A stretch of DNA of 64,000 bases from a virus. The notes below the pieces were generated by a model that was given only the letters and a program-made list of their open reading frames with translations, did no database searches and had not been told where the DNA came from. The translations under genes and the position numbers were made by a program. The DNA lies in the IMG/VR virus record IMGVR_UViG_3300049979_000188; one strand, written 5' to 3'. This document shows, one piece after another, positions 17,256 to 26,006 of the stretch; the stretch's first letter is position 1; every line of letters begins with the position of its first letter.

Positions 17256-17774
17256 CTACTGCGTGTCAGCCGCAATCAGGCAAAGGGCAACGGTGCCGGC
17301 CGCGGCCGAAAGCGCCAGCTGCAGGTCCAGGCCAGCCTGGCGGAGCTTAGCCTGCTGAAAGTGCTCAGGTTTGAGGGCATTGGCTTGGTCGAGGACCTGA
17401 CTAACCAAGGTATGGAGCTCCCGTAGATGAGCGCCCGCCGCCAGGGGTTGCTGAGCTTGAGTTTCTCGTTGAGGTAACAAGCCAAGTTGTTGTTCCAACC
17501 GGGCGTTGTCCTGGGGTAGGTGATAAACGTTCTCAGGTGCCCAGCCGCCAAAACCGCTTTCACCGCGAACAAGGATTTCATATATTTTCGTGCCTGGTAT
17601 CACAACCAGGGCCATATCTGTCCAGGACGTGAGTTGCATCATACGACCGGGGGTACCGCGGGTATAGCCATTAGCGTGAAGGCGGTTCTGTAAAGTTGCC
17701 GTCTGAGCCACCTGTTTTGACTGTACTATTAAGAGCATGGGGGCTACATGCTTGAGTAGGGTTGCAGTGTCCAT
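17256..17774 (-). CDS. Hypothetical protein
   Basis: Packed ORF. Confidence 0.75.
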   Translation of the reverse strand: MDTATLLKHVAPMLLIVQSKQVAQTATLQNRLHANGYTRGTPGRMMQLTSWTDMALVVIPGTKIYEILVRGESGFGGWAPENVYHLPQDNARLEQQLGLLPQRETQAQQPLAAGAHLRELHTLVSQVLDQANALKPEHFQQAKLRQAGLDLQLALSAAAGTVALCLIAADTQ

Positions 17775-17800
17775 TGATAAAAGGTTAAGTTGATACGTAC

Positions 17801-18985
17801 CTAAACAAGCGGCTCATCAACGGAGCCGGGTAGGGGGGTAGCCAGCATGAGGGCGCGCTTAGCGGCCTGCTTGGCCTGAATGCGGGCGCGCACCTCGGGT
17901 TGCTCGCAGCGGCGCTGCTCCGTATCACCGGCCTGGGCCATGTCAAGGCCACGCGCGTGGCAGAGCGCAGCCAGGGTAACGAGCGTGCCGCCCACCTCCT
18001 GGTGAAACTCCCCGATGGGCCGGCCAAAGACGTAGTCGACGAGCTTGAGTACGTCTTGCTTGCTCGTGCCGTTGGCCTGCAGCAACTCAATAGCTTCTTC
18101 CCCAAAGCGGAAGCCTCGCTCCTGGTAGTCCTCTGACACATCGGGCCCAAACGTTTCCTGCATCCAGGCCCCAACTCGGGCTTGGAAACCTGGCTCAGAT
18201 GCTGTCTGCTCGCTGACTAGCTCCGGTATAGTGGCTGCCCTGGCCAGGGTGGCGTGCAGCGAGAGGGCCTTGTCACGAACGTAGTCGCAGCAGTGGGCTT
18301 CGAGCAAATCCTGGTCAGTCCAGGTCTTAATTTCTTCTTCCATCAAAGCGTCCATCACCGGCCAGAGCCAGCGCATGGTAGCCGCAAGCGTGTGGGCCGT
18401 GATGGTACCCAGCGGCAGTTGCGCAGGAGATACTTGGTCTGAAGGCGAGCGCTCGCGCTTGGTATAAATGGGCTGCCAGTTCTCGGCCGGTGTATTGTCC
18501 ATTCCACCCGGCACGATGCCGTAAGGCCCCAGCCAGCCAATCTGCACCAACTCACTCGGGCGGGCCGTGGTCTGGCGACTTTCCTTACGCAGCCTGACCG
18601 CGGTGAGCGCTTGCTGCAGCAGCGAAATCTCGGTAAGGGCCGTGGTGAGCGCTTGCCGCAGCAGCGAAATCTCGGTAAGGGCCGTGGAAGCTTTCTCACG
18701 GGAGATACTACCGGGCTCGGCGTTATGCAAGTAACGCTGATTAGTTGCCCAGCGCGAGTCAAGCCGGTGCTGCATGGCCATGAAAAGGGTGTCCTCGACG
18801 AGCGGGCCGCTCAGGCTGGCCGAGAGTTCGTAGCCCGCCTTAAAGCAAGCCCAGGCCAGCGAGCCCTCGCTGGTGTACTGCAAGTCGTCGGTGGCCCAGC
18901 GTTCGGCTGTACAGGCGGCACTATATGCCGCGCGCATTTCCTCGTCCGTATGACGCAGACGGGCAGGGGGAGTCAGGTGTTCCAT
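17801..18985 (-). CDS. Multidomain phage protein with C-terminal MazG-like domain
   Basis: FQARVGAWMQETFG...RFGEEAIEL...QEVGGTLVTLAALC; internal 14-aa tandem repeat. Confidence 0.7.
   Translation of the reverse strand: MEHLTPPARLRHTDEEMRAAYSAACTAERWATDDLQYTSEGSLAWACFKAGYELSASLSGPLVEDTLFMAMQHRLDSRWATNQRYLHNAEPGSISREKASTALTEISLLRQALTTALTEISLLQQALTAVRLRKESRQTTARPSELVQIGWLGPYGIVPGGMDNTPAENWQPIYTKRERSPSDQVSPAQLPLGTITAHTLAATMRWLWPVMDALMEEEIKTWTDQDLLEAHCCDYVRDKALSLHATLARAATIPELVSEQTASEPGFQARVGAWMQETFGPDVSEDYQERGFRFGEEAIELLQANGTSKQDVLKLVDYVFGRPIGEFHQEVGGTLVTLAALCHARGLDMAQAGDTEQRRCEQPEVRARIQAKQAAKRALMLATPLPGSVDEPLV
18602..18685. repeat. 42-bp tandem repeat, 2 copies, 1 mismatch
   Basis: Encodes TALTEISLL(R/Q)QALT twice. 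Confidence 0.95.
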
Positions 18986-18996
18986 AAGGAGGGTAG

Positions 18997-19476
18997 TTAG
19001 TGATTGCTTTCCGGGTCGGATTCTTCTTCGGGTCGGAACCAGTAACCGGGGCGCTCGGTAAGACCCAGGCGGGAGGCAATGGCGTAATACCCGTCCTGGA
19101 AGAAGTGGTTGTTCTCGCGCTTGGCATGAAGGTCGAGCGTTTCAAGCGGGGCGGTCGCAAACTCAATCTGCGACCAGCTCAGCACCGGCTTATCAGGGCT
19201 CGTGGTCAACTCCACGACGGGTTTTCCGCCCTCCGGACTCAGGGTAGAGTTGACCACCGAGGCGTGGTCGTCAATCCAGACCATGGACTTTACCAGCAGG
19301 GGCGGCGTGTCGATGCCCCGGTTCGAGGCGGCTTGCTGAAGCAAAGCTTTTTGCATGACCAGGTGGCCCAGGAAGAGTTTGAGGTCACGGGCCAGGCGTA
19401 CGAAGTTTTCTTCAGTGGCCAGATTAGCCAGGTCCTGCATGGTGGCCACTTCGTGGCGAGGGGCAGCTGTTGCCAT
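18997..19476 (-). CDS. Hypothetical protein
   Basis: Packed ORF. Confidence 0.7.
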   Translation of the reverse strand: MATAAPRHEVATMQDLANLATEENFVRLARDLKLFLGHLVMQKALLQQAASNRGIDTPPLLVKSMVWIDDHASVVNSTLSPEGGKPVVELTTSPDKPVLSWSQIEFATAPLETLDLHAKRENNHFFQDGYYAIASRLGLTERPGYWFRPEEESDPESNH

Positions 19477-19482
19477 CGTAAG

Positions 19483-19692
19483 CTAAGGGGTTAAGTCCGT
19501 GCCGGGTGCACAGGGGGAGGGGGGAGTAGTAAAGCGGTAGCTTCGGCAGAAGCGAAGCACTTCCAGGCATTCCGGGCAAGTGACCTTGGCGCTGGTCAAG
19601 GGCCCCGTCATATCATCGAGGAAGCCGCAGAGCGTGGCCAGGCCGCGGGCTGGGGTAACGATGTGTACTTGGCGAGCGATACGCATATTCAT
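19483..19692 (-). CDS. Small Cys-containing (possible Zn-binding) protein
   Basis: H...LCG...VTCPEC. Confidence 0.6.
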   Translation of the reverse strand: MNMRIARQVHIVTPARGLATLCGFLDDMTGPLTSAKVTCPECLEVLRFCRSYRFTTPPSPCAPGTDLTP

Positions 19693-19697
19693 CGGCC

Positions 19698-20246
19698 TTA
19701 CTCCTTACGCTCGTAGTCGATTCCTTCTAGCAGCGTTCGCCCGTGGGAGGGCAGGGCAAATTCATTGGCTCGCAAGTAATCGAAGATGGCCACCTGGTTG
19801 CGAATGGGCGCGGGTTGCATGCGGCGCTCACCTTCCGTGGCCGTTAAGTCGAACGTGTGGGGGTTCACACTCAGGCGCAGGCGAAATCCGCGGCTACGCA
19901 TCGAGCAGCTATAGCCATCAGCTTCCACTTCGAAGCCTTTGGTCATGAACGTGAGCTCGGCGATGTGGCAAAGCGGAATGACGCCGTTCTCCAAGGGCTG
20001 GGCCAGCTGGTCGGCGGAACGCAGACGGGGTAAGAGCGCCATCAAGGCCAGCGAGCCATTGAAGACGGACTGCGCGCTGTAGTAAACGTAGTCGCGGCTC
20101 ACATCCAGGTGCAGGGCCGTCAGGGGGAAACGTTTTCCTTCCTCATTTTGCAGCTCCACGCCAGTCAGCAGGTACGGGGCCAGGACACTGGCCAGAATGG
20201 AGCCCGTATTGTTTGAACCGGTCAGACGTTTTCCGTTTACTAGCAT
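19698..20246 (-). CDS. Hypothetical protein
   Basis: Packed ORF; weak similarity to 21302-21931. Confidence 0.7.
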   Translation of the reverse strand: MLVNGKRLTGSNNTGSILASVLAPYLLTGVELQNEEGKRFPLTALHLDVSRDYVYYSAQSVFNGSLALMALLPRLRSADQLAQPLENGVIPLCHIAELTFMTKGFEVEADGYSCSMRSRGFRLRLSVNPHTFDLTATEGERRMQPAPIRNQVAIFDYLRANEFALPSHGRTLLEGIDYERKE

Positions 20247-20261
20247 AAGGGGGAGGGCGTA

Positions 20262-20753
20262 CTAAAAAGGTAAATCGTTGGCGCCGCTGCGGGCATTGTA
20301 GTCGGCTTCCAGGCTGCGGATACCCTGCATGAGCTGGTTCCACCAGTAGGTGAGGTCCGCATGACCCAGGTAAGCCGCCGGAATACCGCTTACCTGCTGG
20401 GCCAGCTGCTTGAAGTGCTTGTTGACTTCCATGAGCTGGTCCAGGCTCTGCTCCAGCTGCAAGTCGATAGTGGGCGCGTTTACCCACGGGTCGTCGCCAA
20501 ACTCAAAATCTGTCAACAGCGCCGGGTATTGCTCGGGTAGGTTAAAAACGCGCAAATCCACAGAGGGGCGCAGCTCATAGCGACCAGCCGGCAGCACGGC
20601 GTAGGTGCCCTCGTCGTAGTTGAGGAGCAGTACATTGTGCTCAGTCCACGGCTCACGCAGGGGAATGGAAGGCAGGCAGCCGGCTCGACGCAGGTTGTAG
20701 AGTACCGCCTGGCGGTCGATTTCCGAGGGTGCCTTGAGAATGATAATGGCCAT
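20262..20753 (-). CDS. Hypothetical protein
   Basis: Packed ORF. Confidence 0.7.
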   Translation of the reverse strand: MAIIILKAPSEIDRQAVLYNLRRAGCLPSIPLREPWTEHNVLLLNYDEGTYAVLPAGRYELRPSVDLRVFNLPEQYPALLTDFEFGDDPWVNAPTIDLQLEQSLDQLMEVNKHFKQLAQQVSGIPAAYLGHADLTYWWNQLMQGIRSLEADYNARSGANDLPF

Positions 20754-20826
20754 ACTGTTCTTTATTCAGCTAAGGTGAAAGCTTCGTGGAAGTCAAAGAT
20801 GTCGGTTGCCATACGAGGACAGTAGG

Positions 20827-21291
20827 CTACGCCGCGGGCCAGATAAGAGCCCCAATCTTTTGCGCTTTCTCGGTATGGCCGAGCTCTTTGGCAGAAGTGG
20901 CCTCGTAGACCAACACCGCCGTTAGCTCGTAGAGGGCCGCGTGAACCTCTACGTTAAAGGGATGCGTACCCTGAAAAAGAAAGAGGGCGTTATGCGCCAG
21001 CAGTAACGGCTCCCAGAGCGGATACTCGGGATGGAAACCTTGGCGGAACACTAACTCCAACTCCTGGAGTACTGCCGCCAGCTCACTTTCCAACGCCGTC
21101 CCACAATTAGTATAGGCTACACCCAATGCCTTTACGACAAGCGGCAGACACTCCTTCAGGCCGGGGGCCGCGTAGAGCATAGCCCGCGCATCCTGGATGA
21201 GTAGATTGGCCACGTAATAGTCACCGAGCCGATTAGCCCGCGTAGCCTCTTCGAGCTTTTCGAGGAGGGCTTGTTTTTTATCTTCCGTCAT
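20827..21291 (-). CDS. Hypothetical protein
   Basis: Start set to MTEDKKQ. Confidence 0.7.
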   Translation of the reverse strand: MTEDKKQALLEKLEEATRANRLGDYYVANLLIQDARAMLYAAPGLKECLPLVVKALGVAYTNCGTALESELAAVLQELELVFRQGFHPEYPLWEPLLLAHNALFLFQGTHPFNVEVHAALYELTAVLVYEATSAKELGHTEKAQKIGALIWPAA

Positions 21292-21301
21292 GGTAAGAAG
21301 G

Positions 21302-21931
21302 TTAGTAAGGTACGTATTGCGTTTCTTGCAGGCCCAGGGCCACATGCGCAGCCAGCAGCTGCTTACCCACATAAGCAAGCACGCCTGGCCGGTTACCCGG
21401 TCCCATGTGCAAAATCCCCGTCTCGGTCAAGTTAAACCAATAGGCTTGCTGCTGGTAGGCGTAAACCCCATCAATACCTTCTTCCTGCTCGGAGGTGGTG
21501 AGATACTCCGTATCAGCGGCCGGCGCATACGCACTACCCTTGGCCATTGTACCCAGAATAGCCCGCAGCGTAGACTCGCCTTCCATAGTACACAACCACC
21601 CAAACGGATGCAGCACCGGGGTGCACTGATGAAAAGCGTAGGAGAGATGTACCCCCGAGTCAAACAAAAATTCCCCGTCCTGCCAGCCAATCACCGCCAC
21701 CTGCAAGTTATCAGGCGTCTGAACCAGTAAGCCATACGGCAGGTAGGGGGCAGCTACTTCAAAGACGGAAGTAGCTGAAACGTTAGCAGGAGGACTCATA
21801 AGGGGAGTAGGCGTGGGAGTAACGTAGAGCCAGCGAATGTAGACAATGACGTACGCCACCACTAAGGGAATGCCCAGTGCTAGTATAGTAGCTGGGTAGT
21901 GGTGATGCAGAAAAGACCAGAGTGAATCCAC
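21302..21931 (-). CDS. Hypothetical protein with N-terminal TM helix
   Basis: Hydrophobic N-terminus, then APYLPYGL motif. Confidence 0.7.
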   Translation of the reverse strand: MDSLWSFLHHHYPATILALGIPLVVAYVIVYIRWLYVTPTPTPLMSPPANVSATSVFEVAAPYLPYGLLVQTPDNLQVAVIGWQDGEFLFDSGVHLSYAFHQCTPVLHPFGWLCTMEGESTLRAILGTMAKGSAYAPAADTEYLTTSEQEEGIDGVYAYQQQAYWFNLTETGILHMGPGNRPGVLAYVGKQLLAAHVALGLQETQYVPY

Positions 21932-22427
21932 GGAGAAGAAGTACCCCTAAAAGTCCAAAAAATAACAGTACTATTTTCCCTAAGGAAACAGGGTTGTACC
22001 CAAGGGCTTCCTAACGGGGAACCGCATGTACCTTTATACCCTTTTAGACAGTAGCTAAAATGCGCCCTGCCGCTAGCAAGAGACGGTAAATGAGTGCGGG
22101 GGCGTAAAAAGCAAGTACACCCTACCCCCCTATGTTGGGAAACATTGTTAGCCACCTGGTAGGGAATGGCTGCGTAGGGTAAACCGGGAGAGGAGAGAGT
22201 AGTACAGGGGGTGTGTAGTCCCCACATCCCCCCAATTTGTACGCAAATTTTTTTCTGGCGAATTACGCGGCCAGTATACTGGCTTACGGCGGGACAGGAC
22301 CAAGCATGAGAAAAAGAGAAAAGTATGCACTACCTAAAAAAAAGCCTGCGTCTTCCACGCGGGAAATAAAAGGACACCGGGTCACAGGATGCCAGAAGAC
22401 GCAAGAGCAGGGTAGGGCTGGAGAGAA

Positions 22428-22610
22428 TCAACGAAGGCTACGAAGGCCCGTATAAGCCATGACGATATTGAGCAGCATCGAGCCGAGCACGACTAAAAAG
22501 ACGCTCTTCTCTTCGGGCTTCTGATAAAGCATTACCAGGGCCCAAACAGCCACTAGAGGGGAGGCCACCAGGTAGAAACGAAAGAAGAGACGGAAGTTGA
22601 AAGTCGGCAT
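22428..22610 (-). CDS. Small two-TM membrane protein
   Basis: Downstream of the promoter at 22641-22666. Confidence 0.7.
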   Translation of the reverse strand: MPTFNFRLFFRFYLVASPLVAVWALVMLYQKPEEKSVFLVVLGSMLLNIVMAYTGLRSLR

Positions 22611-22878
22611 GGGGAAGGCCTGGTAAGGATACCCCTAGTTTACGGAGAACCCAGGCCCGGTGTTACCTGGACAGGGACATTCTTTTGGCAGGGCGTACTA
22701 CCGGGATAGTAGGTTCTCTTTTTTGCAACATTCTCACTAACAATGTTTTCGACATTGTTGACTACTTTCTTCTATCGGGCTTTTTCCCGACATTGTTGGG
22801 GCTGGGTGGTAACGCCGGGCTGGGCGTACGCGTATACTGGGTGTGCCTGCCACGGGGGCGGCCGCTTGTTTACCTGTA

Positions 22879-23268
22879 ATGAAGAAACTACTGCTACTGG
22901 CGGCGCTGGCCGCTCTGGCCCTGGGCTCGTGTGACCAGCACGAGGGGCAGCGGCTCTACCAATTGGTCACACGTGAGGAGGTACTGAGTACTGATACGCT
23001 GACGCAGGCCAAGATTGCCCGCTTTATTACGGAGACGACGCGGGCGGCCTCGCAGCAGATGACGGGCGGCGACTACGAGGACCCGGAGGACGTCATTGCC
23101 CAGGCGCAGGCCACGGCCTATAAGCTCTACGCCCGGCCGGTCGTTATGCTGCAGGTGGGTGAGGGTAACTTCCAGCAGGACCTGGAGCCGGCAGGCCTCA
23201 ACGCCTTTGACCGGGCGGCGTATGATTCGCTGCAGCACCGGCCCTTCGGCACGAGCATTTACCGGTAG
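22879..23268 (+). CDS. Putative lipoprotein
   Basis: MKKLLLLAALAALALGSC lipobox; start reset to 22879. Confidence 0.8.
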   Translation: MKKLLLLAALAALALGSCDQHEGQRLYQLVTREEVLSTDTLTQAKIARFITETTRAASQQMTGGDYEDPEDVIAQAQATAYKLYARPVVMLQVGEGNFQQDLEPAGLNAFDRAAYDSLQHRPFGTSIYR

Positions 23269-23282
23269 GGCCGGGTCTGGTT

Positions 23283-23540
23283 ATGAAGCGAACATTCTTT
23301 CACCCCACCCAGGCCCAGCTGGAGGTATTGGGCTTTAAGCGACAACCCAAGGCGGATACGGCTGACTGGGAGCAGGACTGGGTCTGGCCTCACGAGTACC
23401 GGCGCAACTACGACCAACGCATCTACCTCTACGAGGACGGGCGCGTTAACATCGAAGACGACGAGGTATGCGTGTTCTCGGGTACGCTGCCCGATGAGAC
23501 ATTCTTTACCCAGCTACTGGAGGCCGTTGATTTCGCGTAA
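23283..23540 (+). CDS. Hypothetical protein
   Basis: Second cistron; its stop is in the next -35 box. Confidence 0.75.
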   Translation: MKRTFFHPTQAQLEVLGFKRQPKADTADWEQDWVWPHEYRRNYDQRIYLYEDGRVNIEDDEVCVFSGTLPDETFFTQLLEAVDFA

Positions 23541-23663
23541 CGGCCGACATTGTTTTCACGTAGACTACATTGTCTGCTAGAATGTTAGCTTACAACATTC
23601 TTTTACTGCTTCAACATTGTTGCGCCCCGACAATGTTTTCCCCACATTCTTTACCCCCTGACA

Positions 23664-24173
23664 ATGTCTCCGACGTCCCATTTCAGCGTGCTGGGTGCGC
23701 TGCTTACGCCCCAAACTAATGCGACTATCGAGCAAACCCTGGCCGAGACGCGCGCGGCCTTGAGTGAACCGGCCGGACTCTACTTCGAGGGCCTGAGTCC
23801 CACGGGGCAGTACTACCTGGGTGTGCGCATCCAGGGGCGTACCATCAGTCAGCTCCTGGCCAGTCGCGGGGCACTGACGCATTTTCTACCGGTGCTCAGG
23901 CGCCAGTACCACGGTAACTACAGCCTGCTGGTTGACGTAGACTTGCTGGAGCAAGGCAGCCTTTCGGTGGAGTTTTTCCCCGACAGCGTGGCCAGTATCG
24001 TGTTGCACCAAGGGGAGAGCCATTTCCCGCAGGACACGTATGCCACGCTCGACGAGGCGCTCTATGCCTTACATCTTCAGTATGGGCAAGTAGGGGTTGT
24101 GCCAACCCCTATCGCGGTTCCGCAGCCTTCTTATCAAGGAAGCGGGCAAGCAGTGACCTCTCACACTCGTTAG
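23664..24173 (+). CDS. Hypothetical protein
   Basis: Follows the promoter at 23537 and the heptamer cluster. Confidence 0.7.
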   Translation: MSPTSHFSVLGALLTPQTNATIEQTLAETRAALSEPAGLYFEGLSPTGQYYLGVRIQGRTISQLLASRGALTHFLPVLRRQYHGNYSLLVDVDLLEQGSLSVEFFPDSVASIVLHQGESHFPQDTYATLDEALYALHLQYGQVGVVPTPIAVPQPSYQGSGQAVTSHTR

Positions 24174-24280
24174 CCTTTTACGTCAAGCACCCACGATAGG
24201 TTGCATTGCATTGGCTGCCATCGTCCTTTTTTATTTAGTAGGACCAAATACCTACCGGACGTAACGCCGGGCTCGGGGGA

Positions 24281-24320
24281 AACGTATACTGGGGGTCTTC
24301 ACCATCCAGTATACGTTTTT
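24281..24320 (+). terminator. Terminator-like hairpin whose 5' arm is the promoter -10 box
   Basis: AACGTATACTGG/CCAGTATACGTT 12-bp stem then TTT, directly before ATG 24321. Confidence 0.6.
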
Positions 24321-24986
24321 ATGCGTACCAACACGTTGCTTGCCGGTGCCCTGGGCTTTATCTTAGGGCGGGCCACGGCCCCAGAAGTACCCGCCCCTTT
24401 GGGCTACTGGGACTATGACCCAGCCCTGGGCACCTCTCGCGGGGCGCTGGAAGGTCGCCAGGCGCACGCAAAGCCGGTGGTTTCGGAGCTTAGCTACAGT
24501 GCGCAGCGTTGCCACGACTGGGCACCCTTTGCCCCGAGCAGCGTGCATAACTGGGCGCGGCGGGCGGATGGCACACCGTGGTTTCCGCGACTGGGTCGTC
24601 GCTGGCCCGATGGCCACCGGGCGGACTATCTCTACTACATTCCGGCCGGGGAGCTTATCTACTTCCGGCAGCCGGGTGAAGACCCGGTATGCCGGGAGGG
24701 CACTGGCTGGGTACTCGTGCAGGACATTCCCGGCTGGGGCTGGGAGGTAAGCGAGCCGCTGCTGGGAGACGACTTGCTGAGCGCCGTTAAGACCGTGCCC
24801 GAACCTTGGGGCCTGGACAAGGCCACGCGGGAACTGTGGGTGTGGGGTAGTAAGCATCCCATTGCCGTAACGGGCGAGGAGCTGGCCCCAGCGGGCTGGT
24901 GGGAGTCGATGCCGGAAGATGACCCGATTTACCTCTTGCAAACGCCCTGGGTGAATAGTCTGGGTTTTACACCTAGTGCCGCTTAA
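24321..24986 (+). CDS. Hypothetical protein with hydrophobic N-terminus
   Basis: Start reset to MRTNTLLAG after the promoter at 24261. Confidence 0.7.
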   Translation: MRTNTLLAGALGFILGRATAPEVPAPLGYWDYDPALGTSRGALEGRQAHAKPVVSELSYSAQRCHDWAPFAPSSVHNWARRADGTPWFPRLGRRWPDGHRADYLYYIPAGELIYFRQPGEDPVCREGTGWVLVQDIPGWGWEVSEPLLGDDLLSAVKTVPEPWGLDKATRELWVWGSKHPIAVTGEELAPAGWWESMPEDDPIYLLQTPWVNSLGFTPSAA

Positions 24987-24989
24987 TCC

Positions 24990-25187
24990 ATGAAAGACTA
25001 CCAAAACCGACTACGCCTGTTCGTCACGTATGCGCTGCTACTGGCCATTGTACTCCTGTGCGGGCTACTGTGCTGGATGATTTATTGGCAGATGGCGGGT
25101 GAACCGATTAGCTATTTTGAGCTGGCTTTTATCAGCATCCTACTTGCTTTTGCTATGTGGCAGCAAACAGACCAAGTCTACAAGTAA
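24990..25187 (+). CDS. Small two-TM membrane protein
   Basis: Two hydrophobic helices. Confidence 0.75.
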   Translation: MKDYQNRLRLFVTYALLLAIVLLCGLLCWMIYWQMAGEPISYFELAFISILLAFAMWQQTDQVYK

Positions 25188-25360
25188 CGCGGAGCCCTCG
25201 GTTTACGTATACTTCCTTCCTGATACCCCTTTCCCTTGGCCCACATTGTTCGGCCACCCAGAACAAGAATTTAACCCCCACATTGTATGTAAACGTCCCC
25301 GCTCGTAGGCGAAAGACTCTTTTCGAAGACACTCTTTGGCTGCACGTTTCTATATCCGCT

Positions 25361-25414
25361 AAAAGCCTGGTCCACACTATTCCGTAAAGAGGGGAATGTG
25401 GGCCAGGCTTTTTT
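25361..25414. terminator. Bidirectional terminator
   Basis: AAAAGCCTGGTCCACA...TGTGGGCCAGGCTTTTTT. Confidence 0.8.
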
Positions 25415-25469
25415 GCGTATGAACCCCTACGATGAGTAACGCCGGGCTCGGAGAACGCGTAGACTAGGT

Positions 25470-25823
25470 ATGGATACTAACCTCTTCGATAACACGCACG
25501 TAGCCTTGGCTGAAGTCGGCACGAGGCGTGATGCGTTGCGCCGTAAAGCGCTTTTTCAGGTAACCATGCTCGTGAGTGAGCTGGCCCCTGCTACGCTTCA
25601 GTGCCAGCTCACGACCCCCGTAAAGGAGCTTGACCACGCGTTTACGGGTCTCTCCGTAACAGTTGGCCGTGATGGCCTCTACCTAACGGCCAATCTGGAA
25701 TACGACGACCGCCCAAACTTTGCGTATCAGATTCCGGGCACTGAAATAGAAGATGCTGACCTGGCTCAGCTAACATTAGCCGTAAAACGGCAGCGGGCGG
25801 CTGAACTCGGTTTCTCTTTTTAA
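25470..25823 (+). CDS. Hypothetical protein, near-leaderless
   Basis: ATG 8 nt after the CGTA box. Confidence 0.75.
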   Translation: MDTNLFDNTHVALAEVGTRRDALRRKALFQVTMLVSELAPATLQCQLTTPVKELDHAFTGLSVTVGRDGLYLTANLEYDDRPNFAYQIPGTEIEDADLAQLTLAVKRQRAAELGFSF

Positions 25824-25846
25824 GGTAACTTTTTTTACGCTGGCTC

Positions 25847-25877
25847 TTGGTATTGTCGGGAAGGTTGCCTAGCTTTG
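25847..25877 (+). promoter_or_regulatory. Bacteroidota housekeeping sigma70 promoter upstream of the sigma gene
   Basis: TTG (25847-49), 20 nt, TAGCTTTG (25870-77), matching TTG-N19-21-TAnnTTTG. Confidence 0.6.
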
Positions 25878-26006
25878 TGTTCAGGTAACAGCGCTACTGT
25901 CAAGGAGGTACTAAGGAAAAGTAAATTTATTTTCGCTTTTTCCGTAACCTTTGTAACGCTGGGCCGTTAAAGACCTCAGAAACCAACCAACCCCCCACTA
26001 CCACGT

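Larger units (their letters stand above)
1236..22666 (-). promoter_or_regulatory. Set of leftward ECF-type promoters GTAAC-N17-CGTAAA(C)
   Basis: Copies at 1236-1261, 8514-8539, 11647-11672, 12356-12381, 17192-17217, 22641-22666, plus a partial copy at 1-21; each lies upstream of a leftward gene. Confidence 0.8.
22677..23667. promoter_or_regulatory. Clusters of the quasi-palindromic heptamer ACA(T/A)T(G/C)T, candidate operators or iterons
   Basis: 5 copies in 22677-22796 and 8 copies in 23547-23667. Confidence 0.55.
22809..25461 (+). promoter_or_regulatory. Set of rightward class-B ECF-type promoters GTAACG-N16-CGTA(T/G)AC
   Basis: Copies at 22809, 23537, 24261, 25184, 25436; class-B-like copies also at 37799, 47160, 51236, 60752. 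Confidence 0.8.
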
